Shown here piece after piece: positions 1 to 13,120 of a stretch of DNA of 64,000 nt (position 1 is its first letter; the number at the start of each line of letters is the position of its first letter). The position numbers and the translations under genes are program-made. The notes under the pieces are model-generated. The model was not told where the DNA came from. It did not search any database and saw only the letters and a program-made list of their open reading frames with translations. Source of the stretch: Eukaryota sp. GEM-RC1 (Eukaryota); the NCBI GenBank assembly GCA_040285855.1, contig JAUFOQ010000017.1, positions 186,001 to 250,000 on the forward strand, in the 5' to 3' direction.

Positions 1-2330
1 TTACAATTCAATAACTGTGTAGGTGTTACAGATTGCCCACATTGGCATTTCAAATTACGTGGAAGGTTATCAGGCCAAATATATGACCGTAAACGCATGT
101 TTAATGACCAAGAGTTATCATCAAGAAGAAGACTGTAAACTTGAGGGATTTGTGTAATCAGACATGAAGCAGAGCTATTAGAAACATCCGTTTAGAAATT
201 TGCAAATGCGGGATTTTTTTCCTTGAGCGTGCCAAGCCGAACATTATAATCCAAGCTTTCAAAAATATTTGTGAGTTTCTGTCGTAATTTTTTCAGACAG
301 AACTGAAGATTAGTCAAACATCTTTCAGGTATTTCAGACACAGATTCTGGGAAACATTGGGACCAAACGGGAAAAGGTAATTTGATTAACGCTTTATTTA
401 AGTCAAATAAATATTTACATGAATTGGGGTTAATAAGTGAAATAACATTAGGAAATCGATTAACAAATTCAAAGACGAAATTTTTTCCACCGCCTAAAAA
501 AGCAGATTTGCAAAGAATTGAAGATTTGGTAAAACCAATACCACCAAAATGAGCAGAAGTAAACAAATGACTTCTAAGTAACGTTGAATCAACTTCTAAC
601 AATGAAGCTAAAAAATTAATCCTTAACTCGTTAAAAGATCTACAAAAGTTCAGAGCGATTGAAGGACCAGTAGATCTCAAAAGATGTGTGATTTTTTCGG
701 AGTAATAAATTTTTAAAATACAAAACTTGATATGTTTTTCAATATCATATGAAGAAATTGTGTTGAGTTCTGAACCAGTTTTTTCCAAACAATTAGATAA
801 TTCTTGAGAAGTTTTAGGAACATTCCCAAGACAACAACCTAGAAAACGAAAAGCGTCTTCAACATAATTGATAAATAGAATCTGAACTCCATTAATAAAT
901 AATTCTTGTGTAGATCTAACAATTAATAAACATTTGTTTGGGTTCAGAGACATAGTTGCAAAATACAAAATACAGTATTTTTTTGTATTCTGTATTTTTC
1001 TGTATTATGTATTGTATTTTTTCTGGAAAAGTGTATTATGTATTTGTATTTTTTGTATTTATTTATCAGCCCGAAAATCCCTTCAATTGACGAATATGAC
1101 TCAAATCAATGAGAGCAACACTCGACAGCGGATCTTTCTGATCAATTGTACTATTGTTTGGTACAATTGGGCCATGTATTATTTTCACTCGCAGAAATAC
1201 TAGTACAATTGTCTGCTGAATTTTCGGAACGTTCCAGTACAGTACGTCAACGGCGTGTGCTAGATGACTAAAAAGTGAAACACCGATCAAGTCAAGTAAC
1301 AAAAATTTGGAAACGCTTAATAACGTTCATTCCAAAGAATCGAAAAGTACCAAACCATGTGAAGTTGTGCAATCTAGTTTCACTACTGTCAGTCAGTGAT
1401 GAAGATCTAAATCCCTGATGAGACGAGCTACACGACACTCAGATTGATCCTGTTTTGAAGATCTACTTGTTGTCTTTGGAGACTATGATTTCGAGTTTAT
1501 ACATTTTTACCTACAATCGATATATTAAGACGATTTACAACTAATGTACAAGACAAAAAGTGTGCAAAGTCACATTGAATAACTGTATAACTCCACGACA
1601 GTTCTTTCCGTGGACCAAATGAACATTTGAACCCTCGGTGCATTTCAGAATCGAAATAACAATTGGGTTGATAAATGAAAAGAAGTTCAAGAGTGCGTAC
1701 CGAAGACGTGAACCATGATAACCCTGATGATCAATCACGTTTGCAGTCGTTGGACTCAATACACTTGGTTTAATACTTGCAATTACTAGAAAAGGAAATA
1801 CAATTAATACAGTATTCTGTATTGTATTTGTATTCTGTATCTGTATTGTATTTTTGTATTCTGTATTTTTTGTATTCTGTATTGGATTATTTTTTTTGTC
1901 CGTGTATTTTGCAACTATGTTCAGAGATAAACCTAATGTTTCATAAATATCAACTACTTCCACAGCAACCCTTTTTAACAATTCAATGGGACCAATAATA
2001 GAAATATCATTCATATAGCCAACTATCTTAAGGTCTGGGTATTTTTTTAAAATACACAAATGCGAATCATGAATAGTCAAACAAAACAAAAGAGGACCAA
2101 GAGGATCTCCTTGTTTAACACCAGACATAGACATAGATTTCAATGAATATGAATCATAAATTAAATCGCTTGGTTTACCATAAAATAAAGCAAAGTAGGA
2201 CGTCAACTCAGGAAAGTCTTTTCAATAGCAGCAAAAACAGATCTACGACTAACTGAATTAAACGCATTTTTGAAATCAAGATTAAAAATGAAATTATCAA
2301 CATGTGAATTGAAAAACAAATCTGATAGTT
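1..2330 (-). mobile_element. Degenerate non-LTR retrotransposon reverse transcriptase (RLE/CRE-R2-like), split by a DNA transposon
   Basis: RT motifs LDFKNAFNSVSR (~2240-2285), GVKQGDPLGPLLFCL, GYMNDISI (YxDD decayed) and GLSLN|PNKC, then FRFLG and GGIGF in ORF 192..968. The frame rejoins when 951..1919 and one TSD copy are removed. Confidence 0.85.
951..1919. mobile_element. Non-autonomous hAT-type element
   Basis: 17-bp perfect TIR CATAGTTGCAAAATACA; 8-bp TSD TTCAGAGA (943-950, 1920-1927); TGTATT-rich subterminal repeats. Confidence 0.92.
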
Positions 2331-3327
2331 TTTGATTGACAATTTGTTATCATTAAGATGAATAACTTTGTGAAAAGATCTGCAGCCCTTGGAATTAGGT
2401 CAGCCTTTAAGCAGCTCTTGAATCTGGTCGGTACTTATACAAATGACTTAATCCCCTTAGGACATACGAAGTTGTATTTGAGGCATTTTGTCATTTTTGT
2501 TCGTCAAGGGTATCTATCACTTTGTAATAAAACAGTTAATTCTGATGAAAAACTAGCTTAATCACTTTTACTTATTGTTTCACAAATTGTATTTTATGGT
2601 GCATTACTATAGAGAGAGACAGCGGTGAAACATTGAGGATGTTCTCAGATCTTGCGTTAAGTCGAGGATACTCAGTCCGTAGATTCAACTTAACAAATTG
2701 AAAACTCATTTTGTGTTACTACAATCAGATAATATGTATTGGGAATACATTATAGCATGCACGAAACAAAAGTTCTAACACCGGTATTTAAATTACGGTA
2801 GTTCTAGTCCAAAAACAGCGTTTTATTTACAATCTCAAATAAAGAATACAGTCAATAACGATAAAGACGGTTCTAGTTGTGAGTAAAATTTCCTCTATAT
2901 GTGCCTACAATTTCCACATCATTCTTCTCTGTCAAATTAATGTACTGTAACATCGATACATACTATTAAATGTTTTATGTTATACATTAACGAAATACAA
3001 ACTACAAGTAAATCATCAGTATATGTTTTATTATATACAAACCTCAAGACCCTTACCTATATAAACCAAATTACGACTCAAACAGAGATCCAACAATGTC
3101 TTCGTGAAGTCGTTGAAGAATTACTGGCTGTTTCAACAGTGTAGTTTTTGATCATATCAGCGGGGTTCAATTGCACATCCCAATTCACTTTCTAAATCGA
3201 AGTCCACTTGTTGGATTGATGTGTTATACACACGTATTTCACTTACCATTGATAAACTTTCGAAACTACAGTTTATGACGTTGATACCATTTAAAAATGA
3301 AATCATACCTTCTCAATGAGTACAGTC

Positions 3328-3446
3328 TAGAGCTGGGCACAGACTGACTAGACTAGACTAAGACTAAGTGAGTAGACTAAGATTTAGACTAAAAGCTTAG
3401 TCTAGTCCGTAGTCAGTAGACTAGTCTAGTCGAATGCCCAGCTCTA
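3328..3446. mobile_element. 119-bp hAT-type MITE
   Basis: TIR TAGAGCTGGGCA/TGCCCAGCTCTA; internal AGACT/AGTCT repeats; decayed 8-bp TSD GTACAGTC/ATACAATC. Confidence 0.75.
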
Positions 3447-3638
3447 ATACAATCGACTCGATTTGGAGAAAACTGAGTCTGTTTAAGTTTATTTAGAGTA
3501 TTGTAACAGGTGAAAAACTCAAACCAATACTGTATTGACTTGTTTGTGACTGCAACATATTGCATTACGTCTTTTGCAAACAAATTGGGACATTGAGATT
3601 GCCGATCATTCAACATTTTGATGAGATTAATTCCTCAC

Positions 3639-4153
3639 ATGAGAACTATCTTTGTTATCACTTTACTTATAGCACTGGCTTTTGCTGGTTGTCGATGTCC
3701 TGGTTCTTGTACACACGGGTACTCAGGAAATTCTCCCCAATGTTTCTGTTGGTGTCAACAAACTGCCAATTCCTTGAAAGCATCTTCTGATGCAAGGTGT
3801 TCTTTTTTCCCCGGGGTTCCTACAGTTCTGGTGGATGCTCTCTTTGTGCTTCTAACATCAACAGTCTCAGTAAAGACACCGCAGCAGTGGAAGTATTTGA
3901 AAAGAGTCTGTCAGAAGCCATAATGGGAATCGAGTCCAACAACGCCATGATCTTCCCTCTTCGTCGTTGTAGATGCAATGGAAGTTGTGATTGGGGTTAT
4001 TCTGGTAATTACGCTCAATGTTCTTCTTGGGCCCAATCTCAGGCTTCTAGTTTCTTGAATGGGCAATATACTGTGACTTATTTCCCTCGTGGAATGTATT
4101 CTTCTGGAGGATGTACTGTTTGTGGTCAGACTGATCCTTGTAAATACTTTTAG
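3639..4153 (+). CDS. Secreted two-domain cysteine-rich protein, copy 1 (1-bp homopolymer frameshift near 3810)
   Basis: Signal peptide MRTIFVITLLIALAFA; ORFs 3618..3923 and 3797..4153 join to match the intact copy at 31103. Confidence 0.85.
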
Positions 4154-4337
4154 ATCTGTTAATAGGTTACTTGACGCTCTTCAGTGGCAAAATATTACAA
4201 AAACAATATATATGGTCAACCATAGTGTAGTAACAGGTGATTGGTATGATAGCCCAAGTTTTAAGATGATATTCGCTCAAAATTTAGCCACTTCTGATGC
4301 TCCCCTGTCTTTTGTGTAGTAGGTATCTATTCCTTAA

Positions 4338-6179
4338 ATGTCTACTTCATTGGATGAGCTGTCTGCAGATCTTTGTCTCAATTTAAGTCAAGGAATCACC
4401 CCTTCTAATAACGTCGCTGTCATCATTTCATTCGGCCGATATATCCGTGATTCTTCACACCAACTCTCTCTTGAACTACCAATTCCTGATTCTTATGATC
4501 GTGTTGGTTTTCCATTACTTCCATCAGAAACCATTGACCAGAAAGGTCACTGGATAGACGATTCCCTTTTTGATGTACAAATTGGTGATCGCACAACCTC
4601 CGCTATTTTCACGTTTTCTCCTCTTCTTAATGAGTTGTTCTACAACCATAGACTAAGACCAGGAACCTGTGTCTCTGTCAATGGTATTCAAACTCTCCAC
4701 CATTACGTCATCATTTCTGAGGTTGAAGTTCTGGGATCACTAAATGGTTGTCCTTATCCTCCTATATTCCCTGCTCATCTGACTGATGTTTTCCCATCTC
4801 CCCAACTTCCAATCTCTTCTTTAATCGAAGTACAACCCAAATGCTCTCTAAGACATTTCTTCCTTCCGCTTCACGATAATACTCTTCCACTACCTTGCTT
4901 CTCTCCAACCATTACTCTTTCTCCAATTCCCCTCTTCACATCTTCTTCTCCTACTCCTTCTAGTCTAACATCATTCTTAAACCGTGGTCTTTCTCGATTC
5001 CCCTTTGCAGCCTGTGTCTTGGAATGTGGTCAACTTTCTCACACTGCCTCCTCCTCCCAAGTTCTCCCTTCTTTCACCTCCGCATCCTTCCACTACCCTT
5101 TCTCCTTCCTCTTTAAACTAGCTGACTCCCATTCTACTGTTAACTGTGTTGCTTCTGAAGATCAAGCATTCTACCTGTGGAATTCTCTCTCTCCTGGAAT
5201 GTTCATTGTCGTCTACGATGCTAAACTTACTAAGAATCAAGGGGAAGTTGAGATCAAGTTTTGCTGTAACGTGAGGAATCCCACATCAATCAGACTTCTT
5301 CCTCCTTCTTTACTTTCTACTATTCCCTCTCTTTCGTTAGTTCCACCACCTCTTACTCTGTCGTCTATGAGCTCGTTGACTAGACTTCCTTGGAAATCAA
5401 GTGTTAATTTGTTTGGTCGTGTTGATTTTGTATCTGCTGTTCTGACACGTCGAGTCTCGACAGGTGATTTCCAACTGTACAGAATCATGTCGTTGACTTT
5501 TCTAGATCAATCAGTTTTGATTCTCTTAACTTTATCTTCTAAACCAGAGTCATTTTTCTCGCTTTCGGCAGGTTTGAGAGTGATTATTACCCATTTACAG
5601 TTGAGATCATTCACTCCAAACAGTGTTAGAAATCATCGTAGTATAATGTTCTATTCAACTACTTTTACTACAGTAATTACTCCATCTTCTAATCATCCAT
5701 GGAAGAAACTATCAGTGTTTTCAAATATTCCACTGCCATCAGACCCAAAGTCTTTGTCTTTACTGCCAATGACTGTGCCTGGACTGTCTAAGTTATTTAC
5801 TGTTCTCAGGCTAGTTTCTGTAAAGGATTTGTACTCTCTTTGTAGAACGATGGCAGCTAGAGAAGGAATATTCACTTGCTGTGTTTGTAAGATCTTTCAT
5901 GAGGGTCACAATCACATCAAGTTGATGGCACTTGATGGATTGACATCTATTCATTGTGAGGCAGCTAAAACCAGGTTGTTTGGATATGATCACTTTAACA
6001 GTGTTATATCAAAATCTCTAATGAGAGAGGATTATAACAGTTTGTCCGAGGCTTTGTTGTCTGTTAGTGGGGATAAAGTTGTTGTCTTATGTTGGGTAGA
6101 GAACTGTGTCGAACGAGGTACGTTTGTAGAGGTTGTTGGTGTTTACAAATATTCACAGGGGTTTGTTTATGTGTCATGA
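4338..6179 (+). CDS. Multi-OB-fold ssDNA-binding protein, RADX-like
   Basis: 613-aa ORF with FDVQIGD..SPLLNELF, HFFLPL, YPF..KLADSHSTV...LWNSLSPG, NVRNP and LFGRVDFV..YR..SSKPE. These resemble, in the same order, OB-fold blocks I recall from RADX. Confidence 0.6.
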   Translation: MSTSLDELSADLCLNLSQGITPSNNVAVIISFGRYIRDSSHQLSLELPIPDSYDRVGFPLLPSETIDQKGHWIDDSLFDVQIGDRTTSAIFTFSPLLNELFYNHRLRPGTCVSVNGIQTLHHYVIISEVEVLGSLNGCPYPPIFPAHLTDVFPSPQLPISSLIEVQPKCSLRHFFLPLHDNTLPLPCFSPTITLSPIPLFTSSSPTPSSLTSFLNRGLSRFPFAACVLECGQLSHTASSSQVLPSFTSASFHYPFSFLFKLADSHSTVNCVASEDQAFYLWNSLSPGMFIVVYDAKLTKNQGEVEIKFCCNVRNPTSIRLLPPSLLSTIPSLSLVPPPLTLSSMSSLTRLPWKSSVNLFGRVDFVSAVLTRRVSTGDFQLYRIMSLTFLDQSVLILLTLSSKPESFFSLSAGLRVIITHLQLRSFTPNSVRNHRSIMFYSTTFTTVITPSSNHPWKKLSVFSNIPLPSDPKSLSLLPMTVPGLSKLFTVLRLVSVKDLYSLCRTMAAREGIFTCCVCKIFHEGHNHIKLMALDGLTSIHCEAAKTRLFGYDHFNSVISKSLMREDYNSLSEALLSVSGDKVVVLCWVENCVERGTFVEVVGVYKYSQGFVYVS

Positions 6180-6777
6180 CAGGTAATAAATCAATTCGTA
6201 TTCACTTTTTTAATGTTATTACACTGACTACCGGATGTTCCAGTAGAAACTTACAACGCAAAGCTGGTCAGAGTAAAAAGGAAATAGGACTAAAATGACA
6301 AGGAGCTCATGCTGGTACCACAGTAAGTCGTTTGAAGAAGCATCCGCAAGGGGGGATATGCAGTTGTTCTGAAGCAATATTTGATCGGAACGATGACGTG
6401 ATGGACCTGTTAAAAGGGGAACTTTGTTCTTTCGCTTTTTCTTTGCTTTAATGTAACTTTCTTTCCAAAGATCTGTTATTGCTTAAGAAACACTTCCCTC
6501 ACCTTTGAATCATCCAAAATGCTTCTTTACTGACTATTGTATGTTCAAAGTTCCTTGCTTTAAGTGATGAAATTTTCACGACGGTCTACCGATATACAAG
6601 ACGATAAACTGTGAAACTGAATCTCACCCTTTTTGGTTCTCTTACCCTAGATATTCTTTGTTATAGTATAATAGTTGCAATAAATTGCTTTTGTCATCCA
6701 TAGTTGTTTCTTCTTCATATGTATCGTTTCAAGGATGGGATTTAGATCCACTTTAGAGATTTCGTGATATCTTTTTG

Positions 6778-7101
6778 ATGTCACAACGCTTTCCATCAGG
6801 AGAAGTCCAAAAACGTTCCTTACATTCTGATCCTAACGAACACTTGGTCGCAGACCTGCAATCTGCCACTTCTACTCTTCGTGATGTTGTTCTTCAAATT
6901 GATGAGGAATTGGCTCACAACATGGCTGTACAAGACAGGCTCCAAACTTCATCACTAAGTGCTCAAGATCTCATCAAACAAGGAATCCGTGGTTTCAACT
7001 CATTAACCTCTGGAGTTCGTGGTAAACACTGGTCACTGGTCTGGTTATTCATTCTCATACTCGTCCTCTTCTTCATATTTAGAAGCAAAACCAAGAGGTG
7101 A
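6778..7101 (+). CDS. Small tail-anchored SNARE (Qc, Bet1/Sft1-like)
   Basis: Heptad coiled coil followed by one C-terminal TM helix (WSLVWLFILILVLFFIF) and a basic tail. Confidence 0.65.
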   Translation: MSQRFPSGEVQKRSLHSDPNEHLVADLQSATSTLRDVVLQIDEELAHNMAVQDRLQTSSLSAQDLIKQGIRGFNSLTSGVRGKHWSLVWLFILILVLFFIFRSKTKR

Positions 7102-7323
7102 TATCTAGAACCACCCGTCCAACACCTTTAATGTAGTTTCTTCTTGTTGTCTCTCTCTCTGTGTGTGTTTATCATTGGATATTCTTTGTTTGTTCCACGT
7201 CATTCTTTTCTTGTTTTCTTGTTGTACATGATTGAGATAAATCTGACTCATACCTTCTTTTCTTTATTATTGTTCCAGTATCTACACCTTTATTGAGACA
7301 CGTGAATAGAAGACAGTTCATAA

Positions 7324-7776
7324 TGGGGCTCCCAACTCGCCCCAACCCGGGTGATGTCACCCATCAAAGAGGGCTGGGTGAAACAATTTTTGTTCTAACT
7401 AAATTACAACACCTCTAGATCTTAGCTACAGTACTATAGAATATTATTGAATGATATCGAGAGATTGGATTAGATTTGCATGGATGTTGTAGTAACTTCT
7501 GGAGATACTAGTAAACATATCACAGGAAATTAACCCACTTTAAGCAAAAAATGCTATACACGTATGGTCGTATGGTCGTATGGCACATAACGCTGGTTAA
7601 TTCTACTACTGTAGTACTACTACATTGTATGTCATTTATTTTTGTACAAATGTAGACCTATAAATAACGCATACGTTGTGTTGTTGTTATTGAGGATATT
7701 GATAATTAGGAGCATATAGATCTCTTATTAGCTGTTTGAGTACATACTAGTAAATGAGGGTGAATTGGGAGCCCTA
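7324..7776. mobile_element. Old TIR element (hAT-like MITE)
   Basis: Imperfect inverted ends TGGGGCTCCCAACTCGCCC / GGGTGAATTGGGAGCCCTA; TSD not convincing. Confidence 0.45.
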
Positions 7777-8043
7777 GGTTTACAATCGAAGAAAACACTT
7801 TATTTCAGAAACACAAACCCAAGTCCAATTGAAATACATCACTACACCGTCTCATCTCTTTTAAGGAGAATGAAGGTCATCATAAATGTCCAAAAATAAT
7901 CAAACAAATAGAACAATCTGAGCTTGTCTACTAGTACAGTGAAACTTGTACACAATAGAAATAACTAAAAACAGATGGAAAAACGACAACAAAACAACTC
8001 CCAAAAACCCAGAAAAAGAGCCTCCAGAAAAGTTCAAGTAACT

Positions 8044-9160
8044 CTAACTATATTCCTCCCGTTGTTCTCCAGTTGGATAGGTAGCAGCAAAGCACTTCAA
8101 ATGATGATCATTCCCTCCAGAGATCAACACATTTCCCATTGGATGAAAATCTATAGACCAGACAATATTATCATGGGCTTTTTCCAAAAAGTACAAGGGG
8201 TGGTTCCTAGTAAGATCCCAATGGGATATTGAACCATCGCTTCCCCCAGTAACAAAATAATTCGGTATTACTGGATGGAATTGAAGTGAGGTAACGTCCT
8301 TATTATGACCTCTAAATGTCCTCAGAGCAGTGGTAAGATTGCGGATATCATAGGAAAACACAAGAGAATCGACTCCAATAGAACAAAAACTAAATTCATC
8401 ATGTGGGTTCCATTTAGCGTTATTGACTGCACTTCGATGTTGAAACAAGGTAATCAAATCACTTCCCCCCTGCCCTTGGGTCCCATAGTCTTACCGTACC
8501 ATCCTTACTACTAGAAACAATCAAAGAGTGTCGTCGATGCCACTGAGCTGATCTCACGTCAGCATTATGACCCTCCAACACTTGGTCAACGTGAGTAGTA
8601 CTAAAATCAATTACTTTCATTGTCTTGTCATCCGAGGCAGTAATCAACTTGGCGCTATTATGAGAAACTGATACGTCACGGACGGCTTCTTGATGTGCTT
8701 TGAATATCTTAAGATTGTTCATGTTGGACAACCAATATCGAATTTCACCATGGTTATCCCCACTAATGAGAAACATTCCATCTCGAGTCCAAGAAAGTGT
8801 TCTAATGGCAGCAGAGTGAGCAGAAAGGATGGTTTCAAAGTTGAACTGAGTACCATTCCACAGAGTAATCTCACCTGCATGTGTTCCACTGAAGATTCTG
8901 CGTGCATCGGGGGTGTAACAGACTGCAAATAGAGGAACTCTGTCCTTGTTAGTGCAAGTGTGGATGTATTTGTACATTACTCCGGCACAAGTGTATCGAG
9001 CATAAGAAGCACGAGTTTGCATGAATTTGAAAGCAGAAGAATTGGGTTTAAGAGAGGCCATTGAGCCAGGACCAAGTTCACCACGTCGATACCTCCAGAT
9101 CATCCTTAAGGCAGCAGAAGATGCATAATCGATCGCCTTTCTCTCAACAGGTTTTCTCAT
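8044..9160 (-). CDS. WDR33: Polyadenylation factor WDR33/Pfs2 (WD40); extra G near 8465-8470
   Basis: RKPVERKAIDY, TPDARR, LWNGTQFNFETILSAH, YWLSNMNN and AHDNIVWSIDFHPMG are characteristic. The two ORFs join at a G6 run. Confidence 0.92.
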
Positions 9161-9294
9161 TCTTTTCCATCAAAAACGTTCGGTTTCTGATGATGTTGAG
9201 CATAAATACTATCATAATCCTGTTGCATAACGAAAGATCCAAAGTGAAGTAAAGAGTTGAGTGAAATGAAGATCGGGCACTTTTTCAAGCTTCT

Positions 9295-12292
9295 ATGTCT
9301 AAACAAAAGACTGTCTCTAAACGCCTTCTTACTGTTATCGAAAAGCAGTCCTTTGAAGATAGCACTGTTCCTGGAGAGAAGAAAGACTTATCTCAACCCA
9401 TGCTGAGTGCATATCAACCCGATGCAGTTGAATCCAGTTGGTACGCTTGGTGGGAACAGCAGGGTTACTTTAAACCTTCAGACGATCCCGATAAACCTGT
9501 TTTCTCTATGGTCATTCCTCCTCCCAATGTTACCGGTTCTCTTCATCTTGGACACGCTCTTACCAACACTGTCCAAGACATCATTATACGATTCAAGCGC
9601 ATGACTGGTCACGCCGCCCTCTGGGTTCCTGGTACTGACCATGCTGGAATTGCCACTCAAACTGTTGTAGAAAGAATGATCAAGAAGAACGAGAACAAAA
9701 CACGCCATGACCTTGGCAGAGAAGCCTTTGTAGAGAAAGTTTGGGAGTGGAAGAACGACTATGGATCCCGCATCTTCAAACAACTTCGTCTCCTGGGTTC
9801 TTCTCTTGATTGGAGCAAGGAAGTATTCACCATGGACGAACCCCGTTCTCACGCTGTTCAAGAGTGTTTTGTTCGATTTGCTGAAGAAGGGCTCATCTAT
9901 CGTGATTCTAGACTTGTTAACTGGGATTGCACTCTGAGAACGGCAATCAGTGACATTGAGGTTGATTATATCACTATTGAGAAGCCTACTAAGATTGTTG
10001 TTCCTGGATATGAGAAGAAGATTGAGTTTGGAGTGTTAATTCACTTCGCATATCCTGTTGTGGACTCTAATGAAGAAGTTGTTGTTGCCACTACTCGTAT
10101 TGAGACAATGTTGGTGGACACTGCAGTAGCTGTTCATCCTAATGATGAGAGGTACAAGCATTTACATGGAAAGTCTGTCCTCCATCCATTCTCGGGTAAA
10201 CAACTGCCAATCATTTGTGATTCTGAGCTTGTCGACATGGAGTTTGGAACCGGTTGCGTTAAGATCACCCCTGCTCACGATCCTAATGATTTCGAAGTAG
10301 GAAAGAAACACGGCCTCCCAATGATCAACATGCTGAACAACGACGGCACCCTCAATGACGAATGTGGAGAGTTTAAAGGAATGAAGAGGTTCGACGCTAG
10401 GTATGCCGTAGTTGCTGCTCTTGAAGAAAAGGGTTTGTTTAGAGATAAATCGGCCAATCCAATGAGATTAGGAATCTGTTCTCGATCAAATGACGTGATT
10501 GAGCCTGTGATTAGACCCCAATGGTTCGTTGATTGTAAGGATATGGCTAATCAGGCTTTAGAAGCTGTTGCTCAAGGAGAACTTGAGGTTACTCCTGCTG
10601 AACATGTTAAGATCTGGAATCGTTGGCTTGGAAATATTCGTGATTGGTGCGTGTCACGTCAACTCTGGTGGGGTCATCGTATTCCTGCCTATTACGTCTC
10701 ACTCAAATCTGATGACGAGTTCGCTAATGAAGACCCCAAACGCTGGGTCATTGCCAAAACTCAAGAAGAAGCTGTCGTGAAAGCCAACAAGTTAGTTGTT
10801 GAACTTGGTCATTCTCTTGATGAGATCGCTTCTGTTAAACAAGATGAAGATGTACTAGACACTTGGTTCTCATCAGGTCTCTTCCCTTTCTCTGCCTTTG
10901 GATGGCCTAATCAAACTGAGGAGTTGGATAGGTTCTTTCCTACTTCGGTACTGGAAACTGGTCACGATATCCTCTTCTTTTGGGTAGCTAGGATGGTGAT
11001 GATGTCGTTGAAGTTGACTGGAAAACTTCCTTTTTCAAAGGTGTGGCTTCATGCAATGGTTAGAGATGCGCATGGAAGGAAAATGTCCAAAACTCTTGGT
11101 AATATTATCGATCCTGTTGATGTTATCTATGGAATCTCACTAGAAGATCTCCATAACAAACTCTATGAAGGCAACATTGACCCTAAAGAGATCCAAAAGG
11201 CAATCAAGGGTCAAAAAGCCGACTTCCCGACTGGCATCCCTGAGTGTGGAGCTGATGCCCTTAGATTAACTCTTTCCTCTTATATGTCTCAGGGAAGAGA
11301 TATTAACCTTGATGTTAATAGAGTAGTAACTTTTAGAAACTTTGGTAACAAGCTGTGGAACGCGACTAAGTTCGTCATGATGAATCTTAAAACTGATGAA
11401 GGCTCATTCACCTTCAATCAAGATTACATTTTTGACCCTCAAGGTCAATCACTTGCTGAGCGTTGGATTCTGTCCAAGCTTTCTTTTGCTCTAAAAGAAG
11501 TTCATGATAACATTAATAGATTTGAATTAGGACCTGCTGCTCTAGCTGCTCATAACTGGTGGTTACACGAGTTTTGTGATGTATTTATTGAGATTTCTAA
11601 GGGAAGTACTCAGCAGGACGTTCTCTTCTTTTGTTTAGAAGCTGGACTACGAATGTTACACCCCTTCATGCCTTTTATTACGGAAGAATTGTGGCAGAGA
11701 CTTCTTATGTTGACTTCTGAAGAGTTACGTCAGCAGCAACCAGAAAGTATCATGATTGCTGACTTTCCCATGCTCTTTGACTTTTTTAAATGAGGAAGTT
11801 GAAGAAAAGATGAAGATCATTGAAGAGATTGTCCATGGAGTTCGATCTCTTCGAGCTAGTTACTCTCTCCGTCCAAGTGCAAAGGCTGACGTTTACATTG
11901 TTGTGGGTGAAGGAAGTCCCGAGAAGTCAATAGAAGCTATTACTGAGGGAATTGATCCTCTTACTGTGTTGTCTAGTGCTCATAATGTTAAATGTTGTAG
12001 TGAAGATGAGGTTCCTCCAACGTGTGGTGTAAGTGTGGTATTGACAAATATTAAAATATTTGTTGATTTGAAAGGATTGATCGATGTCGATGTTGAACTT
12101 AAGAAGATCAACAAGAAACTTGGAATTGTTGAGAAATCTCTAGATTCTCTCAAAAAGAAAATGTCGATTCCTAATTATGAGACTAAAGTTCCCGAACAAG
12201 TGCGTGTTGCTAATGCCGAGAAATTCTCTAGAGTTGAGACTGAATATAAGACGTTGTTGAACTCTAAAGAAGATTTTGAAAAGATGAAGTAA
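9295..12292 (+). CDS. VARS: Valyl-tRNA synthetase; extra T near 11782-11787
   Basis: PPPNVTGSLHLGH, DHAGIATQ, DWCVSRQLWWGHRIP, KMSKT; C-terminal coiled-coil arm in 11756..12292. Confidence 0.97.
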
Positions 12293-12340
12293 TACTTCTA
12301 ATAAATAGTTTTGATTTTAAGTTTTACAAATATTTTACAT

Positions 12341-13071
12341 CTACAGTCGTTGTTTCAAAAGAGAACAAACATCAGAATACCTGAAACTACTGACCCCCCT
12401 CGCTACCTTCTCTTCAACTTTCTTCAGCAACATTGAAAGCTTTTCATATGAAGCACTACTAACCAAAGGTTTAAGCAGAGTCAAGGCAGTTACGAACTGT
12501 TCACTAGGAAAGAGATCTTCAGGAGGACCGTACACAGAGAAGAGATTGATGATGAGAGAATCAAATGACGAATCTTTAACTATTAAGCTACACAGCACAA
12601 ATTCCTGGGGTAAGAGGGAAAGGAACGTACCTCGTAGTCAACGCTGTGTTTGGAGTTGGATCGGCAAATGTCTATAATCTTAGTGGCAGAAGCCCTCGGA
12701 AGTCCACAGACTTCAGCTAAATCTAGTAGCTGACGTTTGTCTATAACTGTAAGACCAAATTCAGTTGTGTAAGACCGACGGAGATGTTGGTAGATCTCGG
12801 TGAGTATATCCAGGCGAAGTTCACAGGAAATGCCAGATTGAAGTAGGGACATGGAATATTTGCGAGTGAAATAAGACACAGTGTAAGCAAGAGCGTTCTC
12901 AGGAGGATTGAGAGAGGAAGTGAAGTCATCTACAAAGTCCGATAAAAGGTTGTAAAGTTCAGGAGGAATTTCCAAGGATCTGAAATCATGAGATGCAATG
13001 TTTCTAACTGGGATCGGAGATGGAGTGTAGTTGCCTTTAGATCTCGGGCTCGCTAATGGAGAGAATGACAT
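12341..13071 (-). CDS. RIIa dimerisation/docking-domain protein (ropporin/radial-spoke-like), one intron at 12605..12630
   Basis: LEIPPELYNLLSDF...ALAYTVSYF resembles the RIIa domain. Removing the 26-nt GTACGT...CCAG intron joins the two ORFs as VDYEEFVLCSL. Confidence 0.6.
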
Positions 13072-13120
13072 GTTGTGTGAACGAATTGTGTAATCTGGTA
13101 TTGTAAAACTTACATACTCT

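Noticed and set aside
1541..1998. ORFs 1541..2206 (C-terminal half), 934..1203 and 1777..1998 as real proteins
   Set aside because: Read-through into low-complexity subterminal repeats of the 951..1919 insertion.
11780..11795. Euplotes-style programmed +1 frameshift at AAA-TGA in ValRS, or window-wide recoding
   Set aside because: Breaks across the window go in both directions and fall in G, C, T and A homopolymers with no shared motif. Paralogous Cys-rich genes break at different runs. Sequencing error is the simpler explanation.
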